A stretch of 62,333 bases of DNA, counting the filler, from Choristocarpus tenellus KU-1152 (Eukaryota > Protista > Phaeophyceae): assembly GCA_964200185.2 (NCBI GenBank). It is 12 parts of 12 records of this genome, joined end to end, with 100 filler letters (N's around TTAATTAATTAA, not from the genome) between each part and the next. Parts side by side here need not be neighbours in the genome. Positions count along the whole stretch, not along the records: positions 24,036 to 29,219 come from CAXNAD020011584.1; positions 29,320 to 34,649 come from CAXNAD020011129.1; positions 34,750 to 39,841 come from CAXNAD020011909.1; 9 more parts are not named here. The stretch is one strand, 5' to 3'. Below the pieces are notes generated by a model. It did not search any database and was not told where the DNA came from. It was given only the letters and a program-made list of their open reading frames with translations. The position numbers were made by a program, and so were the translations under genes. Position 1 is the first letter of the stretch. Each line of letters starts with the position of its first letter. This document shows, in pieces, positions 24,315 through 37,134 of the stretch.

Positions 24315-25886
24315 CTATGTGCAATTCGATTCAAGCGTAGAGTTGAGTTTAGTTTTCAAGACATCTTTTTTCGAGTCTTGAAAAAAAAAAAAAAAAAAAG
24401 GGGGTGGGTGGGGGAGTGAGGGTGAAAAAAAGAAGTTTACTTGACCAGAAAGGGAGGGGAAAAAGGGAGTAGAGGGCGGCACAAGGAGGTGAAAAAAAAA
24501 AGTATTTTTGCTTGTCCCAGTAGAGCGTGCCTTGAAGTATTTGCTCAAGCCTTAAATTAGTACAAATGTAGGTTAAAAACATACACGCACACTGCTGAGT
24601 GGCAACATATTCAAGTGAAACTTATGCTATATTATTTTCTTTATGGTTAGGGATTTGTCATCTTCTGTGGTCTTGTCTCATGTGAGTGTATGTGGTGTAA
24701 TTATAGTGATAGCGGTGCCACCAAAGCAGTGCCCATGTTTTGACATAGTAAGGTATACAAACCAAACAAAGCATGAACTTGACTGTATGACATATGTGTA
24801 CTACATTCACTATATGAAACCTATATTCTACTGCACTGTAGAGCTCTGCAAGGATACCTTCTTGATGGCATACAATATTTTTTAGCGGAGCAATAAATAA
24901 CCAGCAAAATATTTCCTGTTTACTACTGTACATCTCTCTCAACAACTTTGCAAATCCACTCATAATAATGAGTTCCCATTCAGATGGTGTGTAGGCAGCT
25001 CATCTGCTCACTAGAAATAGTATAATCCAACTCAAATGGAGATGGACCGGTTTGTTCAACTGTTTGGATCATCATCACAAATAAATTACTGGTTAGCACC
25101 TGCTGCTTCCAACGCCCCTTTTTGTGAAGAAAGGGTATCATGAACAAGGAGGGTCTTGTTATCCGGTCAACTGCACAGCATTTGGAAAATAAACAACTAT
25201 CCACAACAACAAGATGTAGTGCTAGTAGCATCTGTTACGAGTGAACACGACATAGACACCCATGACATACGAAATAATGAATAGTGCAATGAACCCTTGT
25301 ACACCTAGCCCCAGCATGAGGCCCACCAGAGCACAACATCAATGGGAGTAATACACACCTTTGTTTTGCAGAAGGTGATATTGTGAAATATAATCTGAAA
25401 CTGCGAACTGATAAAAATAATGCAATAAAAAAAGCTCCACTCTTCAACTCCATCCACATATTTAAAGCATTTCATTTTTTGTCCTCAAGTCGGGTGCACC
25501 CTCTGGAGACATGAATACTACAAAAGCAAATATAGCACTGGTACGAAATATAAAATACTAAGCTCCACACCGTATCCACCTCACTCCACTCCCCAGAGAA
25601 TTTTCAAAGCAGTTGACTTCTTGCACTAGTCCACTTCAAAGTGGCACCAGACTAAATTGAGCACCACTGCACTAAATTGGAGTAACTTCCCCCTATATTC
25701 TCTGCCCTTCCCGTTATGTTTAGATTTCACGCTTTCATTGGGACCGAATTCACTCTACTTCCACTGTCTGCAGCGATTCCACTTGCCACAATATCTGAAG
25801 TATTGGTAATCTACAACAGTGTTTTCACCTCTTTTTCTCACACCCATCCATATCATTCCCTTTATCGCGGCGGTGTTGTTACTCAC

Positions 25887-26155
25887 CGTTCTCGTGTTGC
25901 TCCTGGGTGGCAAACAGAGCTGATAGGAGTTCCTCCTGAACCTTTTTCGACGTAACATCACCAGGGTAGGTCGTGAACAGAGAGGACTGGGAATCAGCCA
26001 TTCTACAGAAGGGAGGTGCACAGGTAGAAAACATGGGGTGATGGAAACAGGCCTCCTCAAAATAGTCGTGGCAATTTCCTCCAAAATCAGTAATATCCCA
26101 CTGCAAGGACTCAAAGAAGCGGGTAGTTGCCACTGTTCGCTTCTTTGATCCTCCC
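25887..26155 (-). CDS. Exon(s) of unknown gene D (may contain a short in-frame intron)
   Basis: Open frame GGSKKRTVATTRFFESLQWDITDFGG...VQEELLSALFATQEQHEN-G; donor G|GTGAGT (phase 1). Confidence 0.5.
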
Positions 26156-26378
26156 TATCCTAACAACAGGGTTGTTTATGGGAATTCTACTTAATAGTAG
26201 AGTGTCGTTCCTTGTATAATAGATGAAGAAAAGGTGCAACGGGTTGCCGACACGACCTCTCGGCGAAATGATCTCTGCTGGCAGCAGGAAGTCCTGAAGT
26301 TTGTCACTAAAGAGTGCACAGACATACAGCACACAGAACACGAAGAGCATGGTCTGCCTCCTTGTACAGATCACTGAC

Positions 26379-26447
26379 CTTCAATCTCTCCCTCAGTTCT
26401 CTAATTTCCTCAGCTTGACTTCTTACGCTTGGCTGGACTGAGTCCAT
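26379..26447 (-). CDS. Probable first coding exon of gene D
   Basis: MDSVQPSVRSQAEEIRELRERLK; donor AAG|GTCAGT (phase 0). Confidence 0.5.
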
Positions 26448-27703
26448 CTTTCCTAGAAATCAAGGCACGACACCCCTACCAAGGACTTACGTGTACTCTT
26501 TTGTAATGGTAGTAGCTACATGTTTGTCAATTTTTTAAATCAAGGGAATGTTCTTTTTCACTCTTCCACTAATTTCAATAAATCCGAAGAAACAGAACGC
26601 CTCCGAAAGGTGAAGATTTTCGGTGATGTATCTCTACTATAGCGACGCTAAGGAATGAAAGAAAACAGATCGCTATAGTGGTGACTGTGTCGTAGAGGCA
26701 CTCAGCTAGGTGAGATGTGACCAGATTAAAGCATTGGTCAATTGCTGCACAAACTTTCTTAGCTCTGAAGTAAATGGGGAAAGGCAGAAATCACAGCTTT
26801 TGCACTCACCATGTTTCTGTTGTTGATGGGCATGTACATAGCGCACCCACCATAATTTCCATTTTCTGGAGACTCAATTTGTGATTCAACCATTTGCTTG
26901 TCATTTAGTAATTAGTCTAAGCCTCATGGTACAGCGGTCACCTAGTTTTTCTATAGCGAGCTAGGAGATGGCACACTAGAAAATACTTGATCTGGCTGTG
27001 ATGTGCGCTTCGAAGTTCCTTTTTCATTTGTACTTTTGTGTACACCTCCAAATGCTGATACTTTGCAATTTGCGGAGATAGTACATGAATGGGAATTGAA
27101 TATGATCAACTATCCATGTCGCCGCTCATCAACTGACTAAGCTGGCATGAAGAAATGTAGGACAGATGGGCCCTCCCTCCTTGCCTATCAAAAAGAGACT
27201 AAATGTACTCTGATTTCCAATAGTCCTTGATTCGCTGTACATTTTACCCTTGACCGAGATCTTCAGGTGCTCCATAACTGGACTGTCCTGAAGGAGAACA
27301 ACTGAAAAGGGAACCGGGTGGGGATCAGCTAACCTCTCAACAAGAAGGATAAGCACCACCTTCTATTTTAGCTGTGTATGTACCGACTCGAAATATTCCT
27401 TCACCTAATAGCAGTGCTCATTTTGCCGGACTATACATTTTGTACAAAGGTCCGGCTGGACCGGCCCCTTTCTACTAGGCCTTCACTCTGAACATTGATT
27501 TGGAGTTACAGATAGAAGTAACAGCCTGGGGCGAGAGGGTGATAACCAAGGGTCCTGCATCACTGTAACTATCTACAGGCAAGCCAAGTGCTTGAGAAAA
27601 GTCTTTGAGTACGGCAAAAGGAAAGTGTGGGAGTTTTTTTCGTCAAGTAATACTGCAGTGTAGGTTGCAGTGTTGAGCGTCCTGGAGGAGTGGTATTATC
27701 GCA

Positions 27704-27875
27704 ATGTCGATCAGACTGCGGCAGCTGATTAAGAAGGTGCGAGCATGCAAGACTGCCGCAGAGGAACGATCTGTGATTGCAAAGGAATGTGCCCTTATCC
27801 GCACAGCGTTCAAGGAAGGGGATGGTCCAAACAGGGCCCGAAACGTGGCCAAGTTGCTCTACATCCATATGCTGG
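27704..27875 (+). CDS. AP1G1: AP-1 complex subunit gamma (gamma-adaptin), exon 1
   Basis: [36 protein letters not shown]...[12 protein letters not shown] is the diagnostic gamma-adaptin N-terminus; donor G|GTGAGT. Confidence 0.96.
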
Positions 27876-28952
27876 GTGAGTGTCATATTTGTACCATCAT
27901 GTACATGAAGTAGTATCAATAGTACTACTACTATTTGTGAATGTTGACCAAAATTTTTAGATTTATAAGCCAACAGTATTGAAGAGGTTTCCTAACATTA
28001 TTCCACCTTCACTTGGAAGGATAAAAACCTTAAAATGGATGCATCTGGAAGGATGTACTACATACACCACTGCAGTACCTTGTTTGAAGTATCTGAAAGG
28101 ATGTACCTGATCAGATATTTCTGGGGGAGTCTATTTATTGCTCGGATTGTGTTTTCCTGCAGCATTTCTCTGTGCTGTTTTTGTTGTCCTTTGTTGCTGT
28201 CAGATTGTATTACCAACATAAGCATATCTACCTACAATTATGTCCATGCTGTGCACTTGCCCACACTCACACACACACACGATCTGACACAACTCACCCC
28301 AATAATTTGTGGTATATCTATTGCACATCAATGTGTTCCCCCCGTTGATCACTTCCTGCAAATTACTTGAGCTGAGGAAGTGAACTCTGTTAACACGGTA
28401 TACTTCTCAGACATGGTTGTTGGGGATTTTTTTCTTTTTATCCAATCACGATTACACCCTTCTCTCTACTACGGTATGCCTAGCTCTAACCCCGAGTACT
28501 GTAGTGCCTTATACAAAATATATATATATATTTTTGCGATTTCTGTGATTACTAGAGTGCCCTATACAAAAAAAATACTTTTTTTGGGGGACTTTCTCAT
28601 CAAATGCCATTACAACCTTGCCACCCACCGCAAGAGGGAAATTCTCTCCTGGCTCTATTATGCCAGCTGGATAAAAGAGATTAATATTTTTTTTGTGGTC
28701 TCTCTCCCCCCCTCCCCCCCGCCCGCCCATCATCGTTTTGTTGTCCTCTGCACTGAACAATTGCCAAGCGGATTTCATCTCCAGAGGTTGATTCGTATCG
28801 ACAAAGTAACTGTTTTGTTTTGCATAATCACTTTCCTCACTGTATCCCTTGCCTCGCGCCGCCTTCTTGCTTCTGCAAAACCTCATTTGGTGCCATACAA
28901 CATTTGGTTTTTCGGTGCTTGTGTGGGGTGTTGATGGTGTGTATGTATGCAG

Positions 28953-29068
28953 GGTATCCCTCCCACTTCGGACAGATGGAGTGTGTCAAGCTCATTGCAA
29001 GCCCTGGGTTTCCCGAGAAGAGGGTGGGATACCTGGCGCTTATGCTTCTGCTCCAGGAGAAAGATGAG
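28953..29068 (+). CDS. AP1G1: AP-1 complex subunit gamma, exon 2 (rest of gene lies beyond the contig end)
   Basis: TGCAG|GG in phase 1; [39 protein letters not shown]. Confidence 0.96.
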
Positions 29069-29219
29069 GTGTTTTTAAGACATTAGTTTATTTTTTTCAT
29101 GAAATGAGAGGAATCGCTATGTGCTCCAATGTTTTTTGTGCCGAATGCCTTATGCCTCCCCCCCCCCCCCCCCCCCCCCCCCACCCCCCCCCCCCCCCCA
29201 CCCCCACTCCCCCTTCCCC

Positions 29220-29319
29220 NNNNNNNNNNNNNNNNNNNNNNNNNNNNNNNNNNNNNNNNNNNNTTAATTAATTAANNNNNNNNNNNNNNNNNNNNNNNNN
29301 NNNNNNNNNNNNNNNNNNN
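29220..29319. other. Artificial contig-joining spacer
   Basis: N44-TTAATTAATTAA-N44. Confidence 0.97.
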
Positions 29320-32224
29320 CTAAAAAACAAAAAGAGAAAAAAAAAGGTCCGCTCCCCCCCCCCCCCCCCCCAGATACTTTGATTGAAGACGGTACTACCT
29401 TTTTTTCATTTGTAGTGAGGTCTTGTAAAAACTGTTTAAATAGTTACTAATCTAAAATCTCAAGTGAAGTTTGATTCAGTCTACCAGTTTTACTCCACCT
29501 AATGTGAACCTGAAAGAAATATCCACCCAATGTGGTTCTTTTGATCCACCTAAACTGTTTGAATTTAGATTGTACAGGGAAAATATGATTCTCCAACACA
29601 TGTGCTATCCCTTCCATAAGCCGATCGAAACTTGTCTATGGTGTGTAATATGTGTGTGAGACATGCAGTATGCCAAAATGTAGTCTGAAATGTGTTTGTT
29701 CTTAAAATGCTCAAGCATCTTGCAGGAAGGGCTCCACCCAACCCTCCCTTTCCTCTGTCCCCTGCTGGAGCAAGTTAACAAGCAGTACAGATGAGGGGAA
29801 AAAAGAAGTTAGGTGGACAAGGGAGGGGTATATGATATACTATATAGTACTGCCGTTTGCTTCGAACCCTTATTGAAAAGCATATGCCTATTCTTTGTAT
29901 CTCCCTGAAAACCAGATCGGGACAATGGAAAGGTTGAGAGTCAAACCAACTGGGAGGTAGGCAGGTTTGTACCTTTTTACATTCAAAGACATCATACTTT
30001 TGTGTATTTCACTCTATTTCATTGGTCTATGTGTACAAAAGTGTATGCAAAATTGTTACCAACCCTTTCAACAAAGTGACACCACAGTTCAGCAAAGGCT
30101 CTTTCGGCAATTGTACAAAATAGCATACTTTTTTGGGGGACTTTCTCATGATCCTTCAAATGCAACCCTGTCTACCCCTCAGTTATTTTTGTTCTAAGCA
30201 GGTGTTTCAGGGACTGATTTGTTTGAACACTTGCAATCCTCCGTGTTCTTCCGTGTTACTTATACTCTCCTCCCAGCTGCCCTCCTTGACAAACTCTTCA
30301 ACTTCCAGATCCTACTGTTACAGCCTACAGAGCAGCTTTAGATGGATGTCAAATGACCAATCGTGATATGGGGTTGAAAGAAACGAACAACTCTGCTGAT
30401 CTGAAGACATTCCTTGTACCTGGCATGTCTCTCAAGGCAAGTCGGGGGCACAATGCTTCTTCCTAGTACTGCAAGACAAATGGTGGTAAACAGGTATCTT
30501 GGGAGAAGGTCCCAGGGTGAGTACCATGTTGTGAGTGCTTGAGGGAAGGGAACTGAATGGACTGTGAATGCACAGACTCAGAATCTGAGGATGCAGCCTT
30601 CCAATCTTCCTTGTCCGGTTTTGAAGGAATACAGGGGGTGACATTTCAGGCTGTAGAGCACATTGCCTGCCAAAGGAAGAGTGGGAGCTTGCCCATTTTT
30701 TGTAAGTATAATTCGTTATTGGTAGAAGAAAGGAGGAAGAGGTTGCCAATGCAGAGAAGGATGGGGCGACTGAGGTCCAGATAGCACGGATGGCAGCATT
30801 GAAGGAGGGGTGGGGTCCTCTGCTTATATGCCAAGGACATACATACTTCACAAGTTCGTGCTAGTACACATGGTTGTGGGACATGGTAAGGCGCTCAAGC
30901 AACGCCCAAGTTGCCACTATGGAGGTGGCTTTGGGTGGAAAAAAAATGTATGGTCACCTGAAGGCAAAAGTTGTCAAGGACTCAGCCAAGCCTAGGGCAG
31001 TATGAGAGTCCAGTAACTTTTGGTGCCGTTTTTCTATGTGTGTGTTTGTGTTCCCTGTAAGTTGGGATAGGAGCTATGGAATTTTGCAGGGTGAGAGGAA
31101 AGATGTTGGAGTGCATTTGTTGTTGTCAAGAGGGGTAACACAATAGTATAGATTACTTGTTGACTGTATGCAAAGCTTGTTGGCATCACTAGCAGTGTCT
31201 CTTAACTATAATCACACTGACTGGTGGTGTGACAAGCACTGGAATCCTATTGCTTTAGATGTGTAGGTAGTACTACTCCGGAATATGTATCTGCATTTCA
31301 TCTACCTGAATGATGCACCTAGTTTAGCCTAGCAATGTACTCTGGAGTAAGAATTGGTGAAGTAGATATGTAGGCACAAAAATAGAGCTTATTATTGACG
31401 TAGATAGACCCAGTACTATCCATTTGTTATACTGCACACACAACAGGGGGTTGAAAAATAGTACTACTTGATGTTGAGAACACATTGATGTATATTAGTA
31501 AACGGTAACAGTCCTATTGCCCACACACCCAATGAAATTGTTCTATTCATCATTACATATGTGTTCCAGTAGTCCTGCACAGATTCACCAGGAGTGCCCT
31601 CATAGCCTGTTCATCGTTCATCATTCTGCTGCATCACTTATCCATATAGTGGGGAGAACTTCAAAGCATCAACATCACACTACTCCTTCAAAGTGTTACT
31701 GCATAGTAATGAGTAGAGCTTGCATAAATAACAATCACACTAAGCTGTAGTAAGGAGAAATTCAATAATTGTAAAAATAATGATCCGAGCCATAGCCATA
31801 ATCTAAAACGGGTCTGCTATGTGCTTGACACACTATCAATATATTTACTAATAGAGCATAAATGAGGCTCAAATCAATAGTTGAGAAAAAAATGTGGCCA
31901 CGAAGACATTACGATGTGGAATGCTCTGCGATATATGCATTGATGCTTCATTTCAATGACATGCAATTTCAATTACCTGTGGCCATTTGTTCATTCCCCC
32001 TTGAGAAACCCTGTATTACTACTCCGATAATTGGCCCCAATTGATAACAAGGTGTTTATTTCAGAATGGTTTGGACACCTTTACCTCATATCTTCGCCAA
32101 TGCTGTTTTTGAGGGGGATAAAAACTTCGCAAAAAAGACTGGTTCGCCGAAAAGTTTGAGACGTTTACAGGATCAAGGTCCCACACACTGCTGAGAAGAT
32201 ACTTCTCATGGTTTTGATCTTGCG

Positions 32225-32334
32225 ACTCCGAAACCTTTTTGGAGTAGGTAAAATGTCATCAAATACCCATGGGAAGTCAAGCCCCAAACGGACAAACAGG
32301 GCGAAACACGTACCCTCTTAATATACATTCACTC
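32225..32334 (+). mobile_element. MITE subfamily B, right-end fragment
   Basis: GGAGTAGG...AAGCCCCAAACGGACAAACAGGGCGAAACACGTACCCTCT...CACTC matches the 3' end of the 44332 copy. Confidence 0.7.
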
Positions 32335-33653
32335 TGTTGGGACATTATACACCAAACCTTCACACTACAGCTTTCTGCTAAACACTCGGTGGATTAATTC
32401 CATTGAAGTTTCTAATAATATTTATCTGTTGCTTGCTGCATTTGGTGTACACTCTTTCTTTTACCCCCCTTATTATTCCATGACATACAGAGTTTATGTC
32501 CACGTGGGATAATAGTAGCTGCCTTCTTTCTGAGCCAATGCAAAAATATTACCGACAAAGGCATTCAAGGGCAATCTTGGGAACATTCTTCCTTTCATAC
32601 AAATAATCATGTCTTTTGTGCGTGTTGTCTATCTTTGCCTGCCTGTCCAATATGTACGGACTAGAGTGCTGCCATCACACACACTTCGAGATGTGCAACT
32701 AGAGCAGAAGCTTCAACCCTGGCATCTCTCATTGGTAACGAATCCCACTATCACAATGCACAGGCCATCACATTGATTTAGATTATGTGCATATATCATT
32801 GCTGTTTGTTTTAGGTGGACATCAAAGTGGTGGCGGAGATGATTGAAGATTCTCAAGGCATTTTGAAAACTGTCCAAAAAGTTTCAATAGCAATACAAAC
32901 CTGGTGCACATGTAGTGTCAGAATACTTACAGTCCAAATTGTGGAGTCATTTAGCAGTCCATAAACCTTAAATGCAAGAACCACACAGCAGGGACTTCAA
33001 CCTGTATGTACAAGTAACAGCTCAGTAGGTAACATGCGCGAGAAATTTGGCTGCTCAGGTAGAGACTCCATTGTCCTTATCAAAAATAATCAAAATCGCA
33101 CCTTCTCTGCCTCAAACACCTGTGCAGCACTACCAATGAAAGATGTACATCAGATAGACAGTTAATCAGACATGTTGTTCCACTTCCCCACATGTAATAC
33201 ATCAACAACAGGCACTATGCTCTCCAGCTTAAAATGGACTACTGCACCACCCAATTGTTTGATTGGTAGGTGCTCAAAGTAACAATACAACAAATTCCAC
33301 ATAGTGCTTCCTACTTCTTTGGTCCAAGGTGGCGGATGGGAACAAATCTAACCTAATAATAGTGATACTGCAGAAACAGGCTACACTTGAGAATAACCAA
33401 CTCAACTCCACTAACAAGGATAAGCCCTCAGGAGTCCCAATATGGACAAAAAGTGCTCTTGCATCCATCACCATGGGTAGCCAACAGCACCTGTGAGTGA
33501 GATAAGTAACATCGACCTGGGTTTCTGTAGGCAGATAATATGCATATGAATACTGCAATGAACACCGGTCTAGTTGAAGCAGTGAGAGAAGAGACAACAA
33601 TACTCAATATTTCAATGGGGACTGTCAATTAGTGCTAGGGATCTAGCTTAGCA

Positions 33654-34649
33654 TCATGTACAATCTGACTCTTCATCAGGCATATGAGCACCTGCATACA
33701 TGGTGCCCTCCTGATCGAGTTTCCACCTATGGTGAGCCACGAAATCGGCAAACCACTGGGCAGATTGGCGGGGAGTCCTTTTCAGCAGATTTCCCTGAGT
33801 GTAGTCCACGTGAACTAGACCAAATCGAATGGAATAGCCATCATTCCACTCAAAATTGTCACACAAGCTCCAATAGAAGTATCCCCTAAGATCAACTCCA
33901 TCCAGAGACATGGCCTCCTCAACACTTCGGAGGTGCTCTCGCAGGTACCATATTCTGTGGTCATCTCCAGCAGAGGCATACTTTCCCTGTCCCCAACACA
34001 CCTTTTCCACTGAAGAGCCATCTCTGCAACTACTCCCTCTGTTCTCTTCCCCTCCAGGTCCTCCATGCTCTTCCCCTGTTTCGCTGGCACCATTCTCAAA
34101 TATATATATTGGGGGATGACGATAGCGCTGGTCTACCCAGCGCAGGAGGGACCGCAACCCTGTGGGGTATGCATACTCCCATTCCGTGCCCCCTCGAGGG
34201 CCAATCAAGTTGCCACTGAAGTCTCGGACCTCTGCTTTGGCTCCCATATCAAATTCCCACCCTTCTACCTCACACGTCATACTTTGTGCACCTCCATTTG
34301 CTGCCTGGAGCCCTCCCTTTACCTCCACCACCGCACCTGTCCCCACCTCCTTTTTGACCACCTGCTCCATCTTTTCCTCTGAGACATCCCCAATCCTGGT
34401 TTCATAGCGTGCTGAATCCAGACCTTCCGAACCCAGAGCGGGAGATGTGCACTTCTCATGCTGGAGTCCCTCTTTCTGTGGGGAGGAAGGCATGTGGCGA
34501 ACATAGCGACTGGTGTAGTAGTTGACACCAAGGAAATCCCATGAGCGACGGAGAAGTTCACTCTCCTCTTCAGTGAAGGCGGGCAAGCGCCCTCCAATAC
34601 CCCCAAGGGCACTGACCATGGATTCAGGGTAGTGTCCAAGCACCAGCGG
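33654..34649 (-). CDS. Glycoside hydrolase family 1 beta-glucosidase, C-terminal exon (5' truncated)
   Basis: GHYPESM, RLPAFTEEE, DFLGVNYYTSRYV, YPTGLR, nucleophile motif IYIFENG, DDHRIWYL, GYFYWSLCDNFEWNDGYSIRFGLVHVDY. Confidence 0.96.
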   Translation of the reverse strand, partial: PLVLGHYPESMVSALGGIGGRLPAFTEEESELLRRSWDFLGVNYYTSRYVRHMPSSPQKEGLQHEKCTSPALGSEGLDSARYETRIGDVSEEKMEQVVKKEVGTGAVVEVKGGLQAANGGAQSMTCEVEGWEFDMGAKAEVRDFSGNLIGPRGGTEWEYAYPTGLRSLLRWVDQRYRHPPIYIFENGASETGEEHGGPGGEENRGSSCRDGSSVEKVCWGQGKYASAGDDHRIWYLREHLRSVEEAMSLDGVDLRGYFYWSLCDNFEWNDGYSIRFGLVHVDYTQGNLLKRTPRQSAQWFADFVAHHRWKLDQEGTMYAGAHMPDEESDCT

Positions 34650-34749
34650 NNNNNNNNNNNNNNNNNNNNNNNNNNNNNNNNNNNNNNNNNNNNTTAATTA
34701 ATTAANNNNNNNNNNNNNNNNNNNNNNNNNNNNNNNNNNNNNNNNNNNN
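34650..34749. other. Artificial contig-joining spacer
   Basis: N44-TTAATTAATTAA-N44. Confidence 0.97.
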
Positions 34750-34925
34750 CTGTGGGTCTTCCCGCTCCCCTTCATTACGAAGAACCTGTCGGCTGTTTCC
34801 ACCTGTTTCACACTATATGTGTTCTCAATAAAAAAAATATCGTCTTACGCAAAGTTGGAGTTTTCACCATGTGTATCATTATATGTTAAGAGTTATTTCG
34901 AGGGTTTCAAAGAATTTCGGGGTTT

Positions 34926-35364
34926 GAGTCGAAGCATCATAGAGGGCAGAGTCGCATCCGTTTGGGGTCAAAATTCAACGTTGCGATTTTGACGTAATTT
35001 TGTCCATCGTGTTTGTTAGGACCCAAAGTATCTGGGGGGGGGTGTTACACCAGGGTGTCCATTTGGTCCATAACCAGGAATAGTGAACTTTTATTATCCA
35101 TCCGACGTATGCAACCAAATCACCCAAAAGTCGCGACATGAAAAAATCGACCCCAAATGGACAGCCGCCACCCCCCCCCAAGATACTTTGAGCCTAGGAA
35201 GTGTCAATATCCTTGTTTCTGGACACACCTTTTCATAATAACGTAAACATTTCACCTACTCCGAAACATTTCGGAGTAGGCGAAATGACATAAAAACCCG
35301 TGGGAAGCCAAGCCCTAAACGAACAAACACGGCAAAACTCGTACCCTCTAAGATATTTTCGCTC
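34926..35364 (+). mobile_element. MITE subfamily B with 4-bp TSD (GTTT), interrupted by a subfamily A copy
   Basis: GTTT|GAGTCGAAGCATC...AGATATTTTCGCTC|GTTT; colinear with 44332-44589 apart from the insert. Confidence 0.85.
35020..35194 (+). mobile_element. MITE subfamily A nested in subfamily B
   Basis: TAG|GACCCAAAGTATCTG...AGATACTTTGAGCC|TAG; the empty site TTGTTAGGAAGT is seen in other B copies. Confidence 0.9.
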
Positions 35365-36295
35365 GTTTCCCTGTAGTAAGATACTTTTTCTACCTAAAAA
35401 AGTTATCAATCGTACTACAGAGTGTTTAGTATTCTGTTATGAATCATGTCATTCTGTGGAGGCGTAGTTCATTAAAATGGGGGAAGTGAAGAGGATCACC
35501 AAACCAGAAGGACTGGACAGATGTATGTATAAACCGTATCCCAGAGGACAAGGTAAGGTTGGACAAATCAAATGAGGAGTGAATTGCGATTTAGGAGGGG
35601 GAGTGGTACCTCTGACGAGAAACGAGTGATGAAGAGACCCCACAGAAAGATTTCGCCCCGAAGATCCTGCTTGGAACCAAGTTTCTTGAAAAGAACCTCA
35701 ATCAGTATGACGATATGATGTTGAATGGTATGGCAATGAATGGTGTTAAGGCGACAACCATGATACATAATATTATACCCTCTAACATTTTGTAGGTGTG
35801 ACAGGGAAAAAGTAAAACCAACATTATTATAAGGACCCCTCTAAAAGCAACAGTTGTTGTAAATGTGAAAGATATCTGTCCAATATCGATTTACCTCTTT
35901 GATTTCCACCTATACTACAACACTCCCATAAAAGCTCGTAATTACAATGTGATGTGTACACTCCTGCTATGCTTCCAACTTAGCTTACCCCTGCACAACT
36001 GGGCGAGGAACTAGAGAAACATCCCAAGAATCTGACAGGCCCCTCCTTGCCCATCTCCCTTGTGTCTCCAGCTTAAAACGCATGTCACGTCTTGAGAGAG
36101 GCACTTGTGTAGAGACAGACTATCTGTCGTAAACGGGATTTGACAGCTCCTTTCCTGTTGCAACCTCCCGTCCCTCTCCCCCCTACTGTGTGTGTAGCAA
36201 ACTCATCCAGAAAACTTTCTGCTTGCTTACCGAGGCACCCAAAACCATAACATCCAACATGGTGTCACTCCAGATATACATACATATGTGTGTGT

Positions 36296-36551
36296 AAGTG
36301 AAAGTATCTTAGAGGGTACGAGTTTTTCCCTGTTTGTCCATTTGGGGCTTGGCTTCTCGCGGGTTTTTAACGACATTTTACCTACGCCAAAATGTTTCGG
36401 AGTAGGCAAAATGTATATACAAAAGGTGTGTCTGGAACAAGGATACTGACATCTTCAAACAAACACGATAGCCAAAAATTACATCAAAAGTGCAACATTG
36501 GATTTTGGCCCCCAAAAGGACACGGCTCTACCCTTTAAGATACTTTGACTC
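36296..36551 (-). mobile_element. MITE subfamily B
   Basis: GTGAAAGTATCTTAGAGGGTA...TACCCTTTAAGATACTTTGACTC, the reverse complement of the 44332 copy. Confidence 0.88.
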
Positions 36552-37134
36552 TGTGTATTATTATACCCTCTGATATTTTGCAGATGTGTCAGGGAAAAGG
36601 CCAAACCAATCATAAGGACCCGTGTAAAAGTAGCACTTGTCGTTACGTTGAAAGGTATCCCTCTAAAATCTATATACTATTTGACTATAGATTTATTATT
36701 ACATTTGTATAATATCTTGTGAGACGTGTATGATGATGTGCAGAAAGCAATGGTTGATGATCAGCTTTTTCGTAGAGAGTTGTGGTGCTGGACCTGACAG
36801 GTCCTATCTCTTTTCTTTAACACAACTATTCTTCTATTATTCATGCAAAAGCGGCAATGTTACTATTATTATTTTGTATATGTGATTGGAGGTTAAAAAG
36901 TTGGTGTACATTCTTATGAACCATGTGGGAGGAGTTTCTATGTGTAAGCAGACCACTGAATCAAACTCCGTTCCTCAAATTCTACCCTGTCAAAAGTCTA
37001 AGGTGAGAGGGAAAGGTCAAGTTGTCGAAGGTATGCCATTTATTTGATGTTGAGGTAGTCGTAGCAGAACTCGCCCCTTGTGAGGTCCAAAGCCCTCGAA
37101 GGCGAAGATCTAGGTCGGAAGAGTTGTTGGGTAG

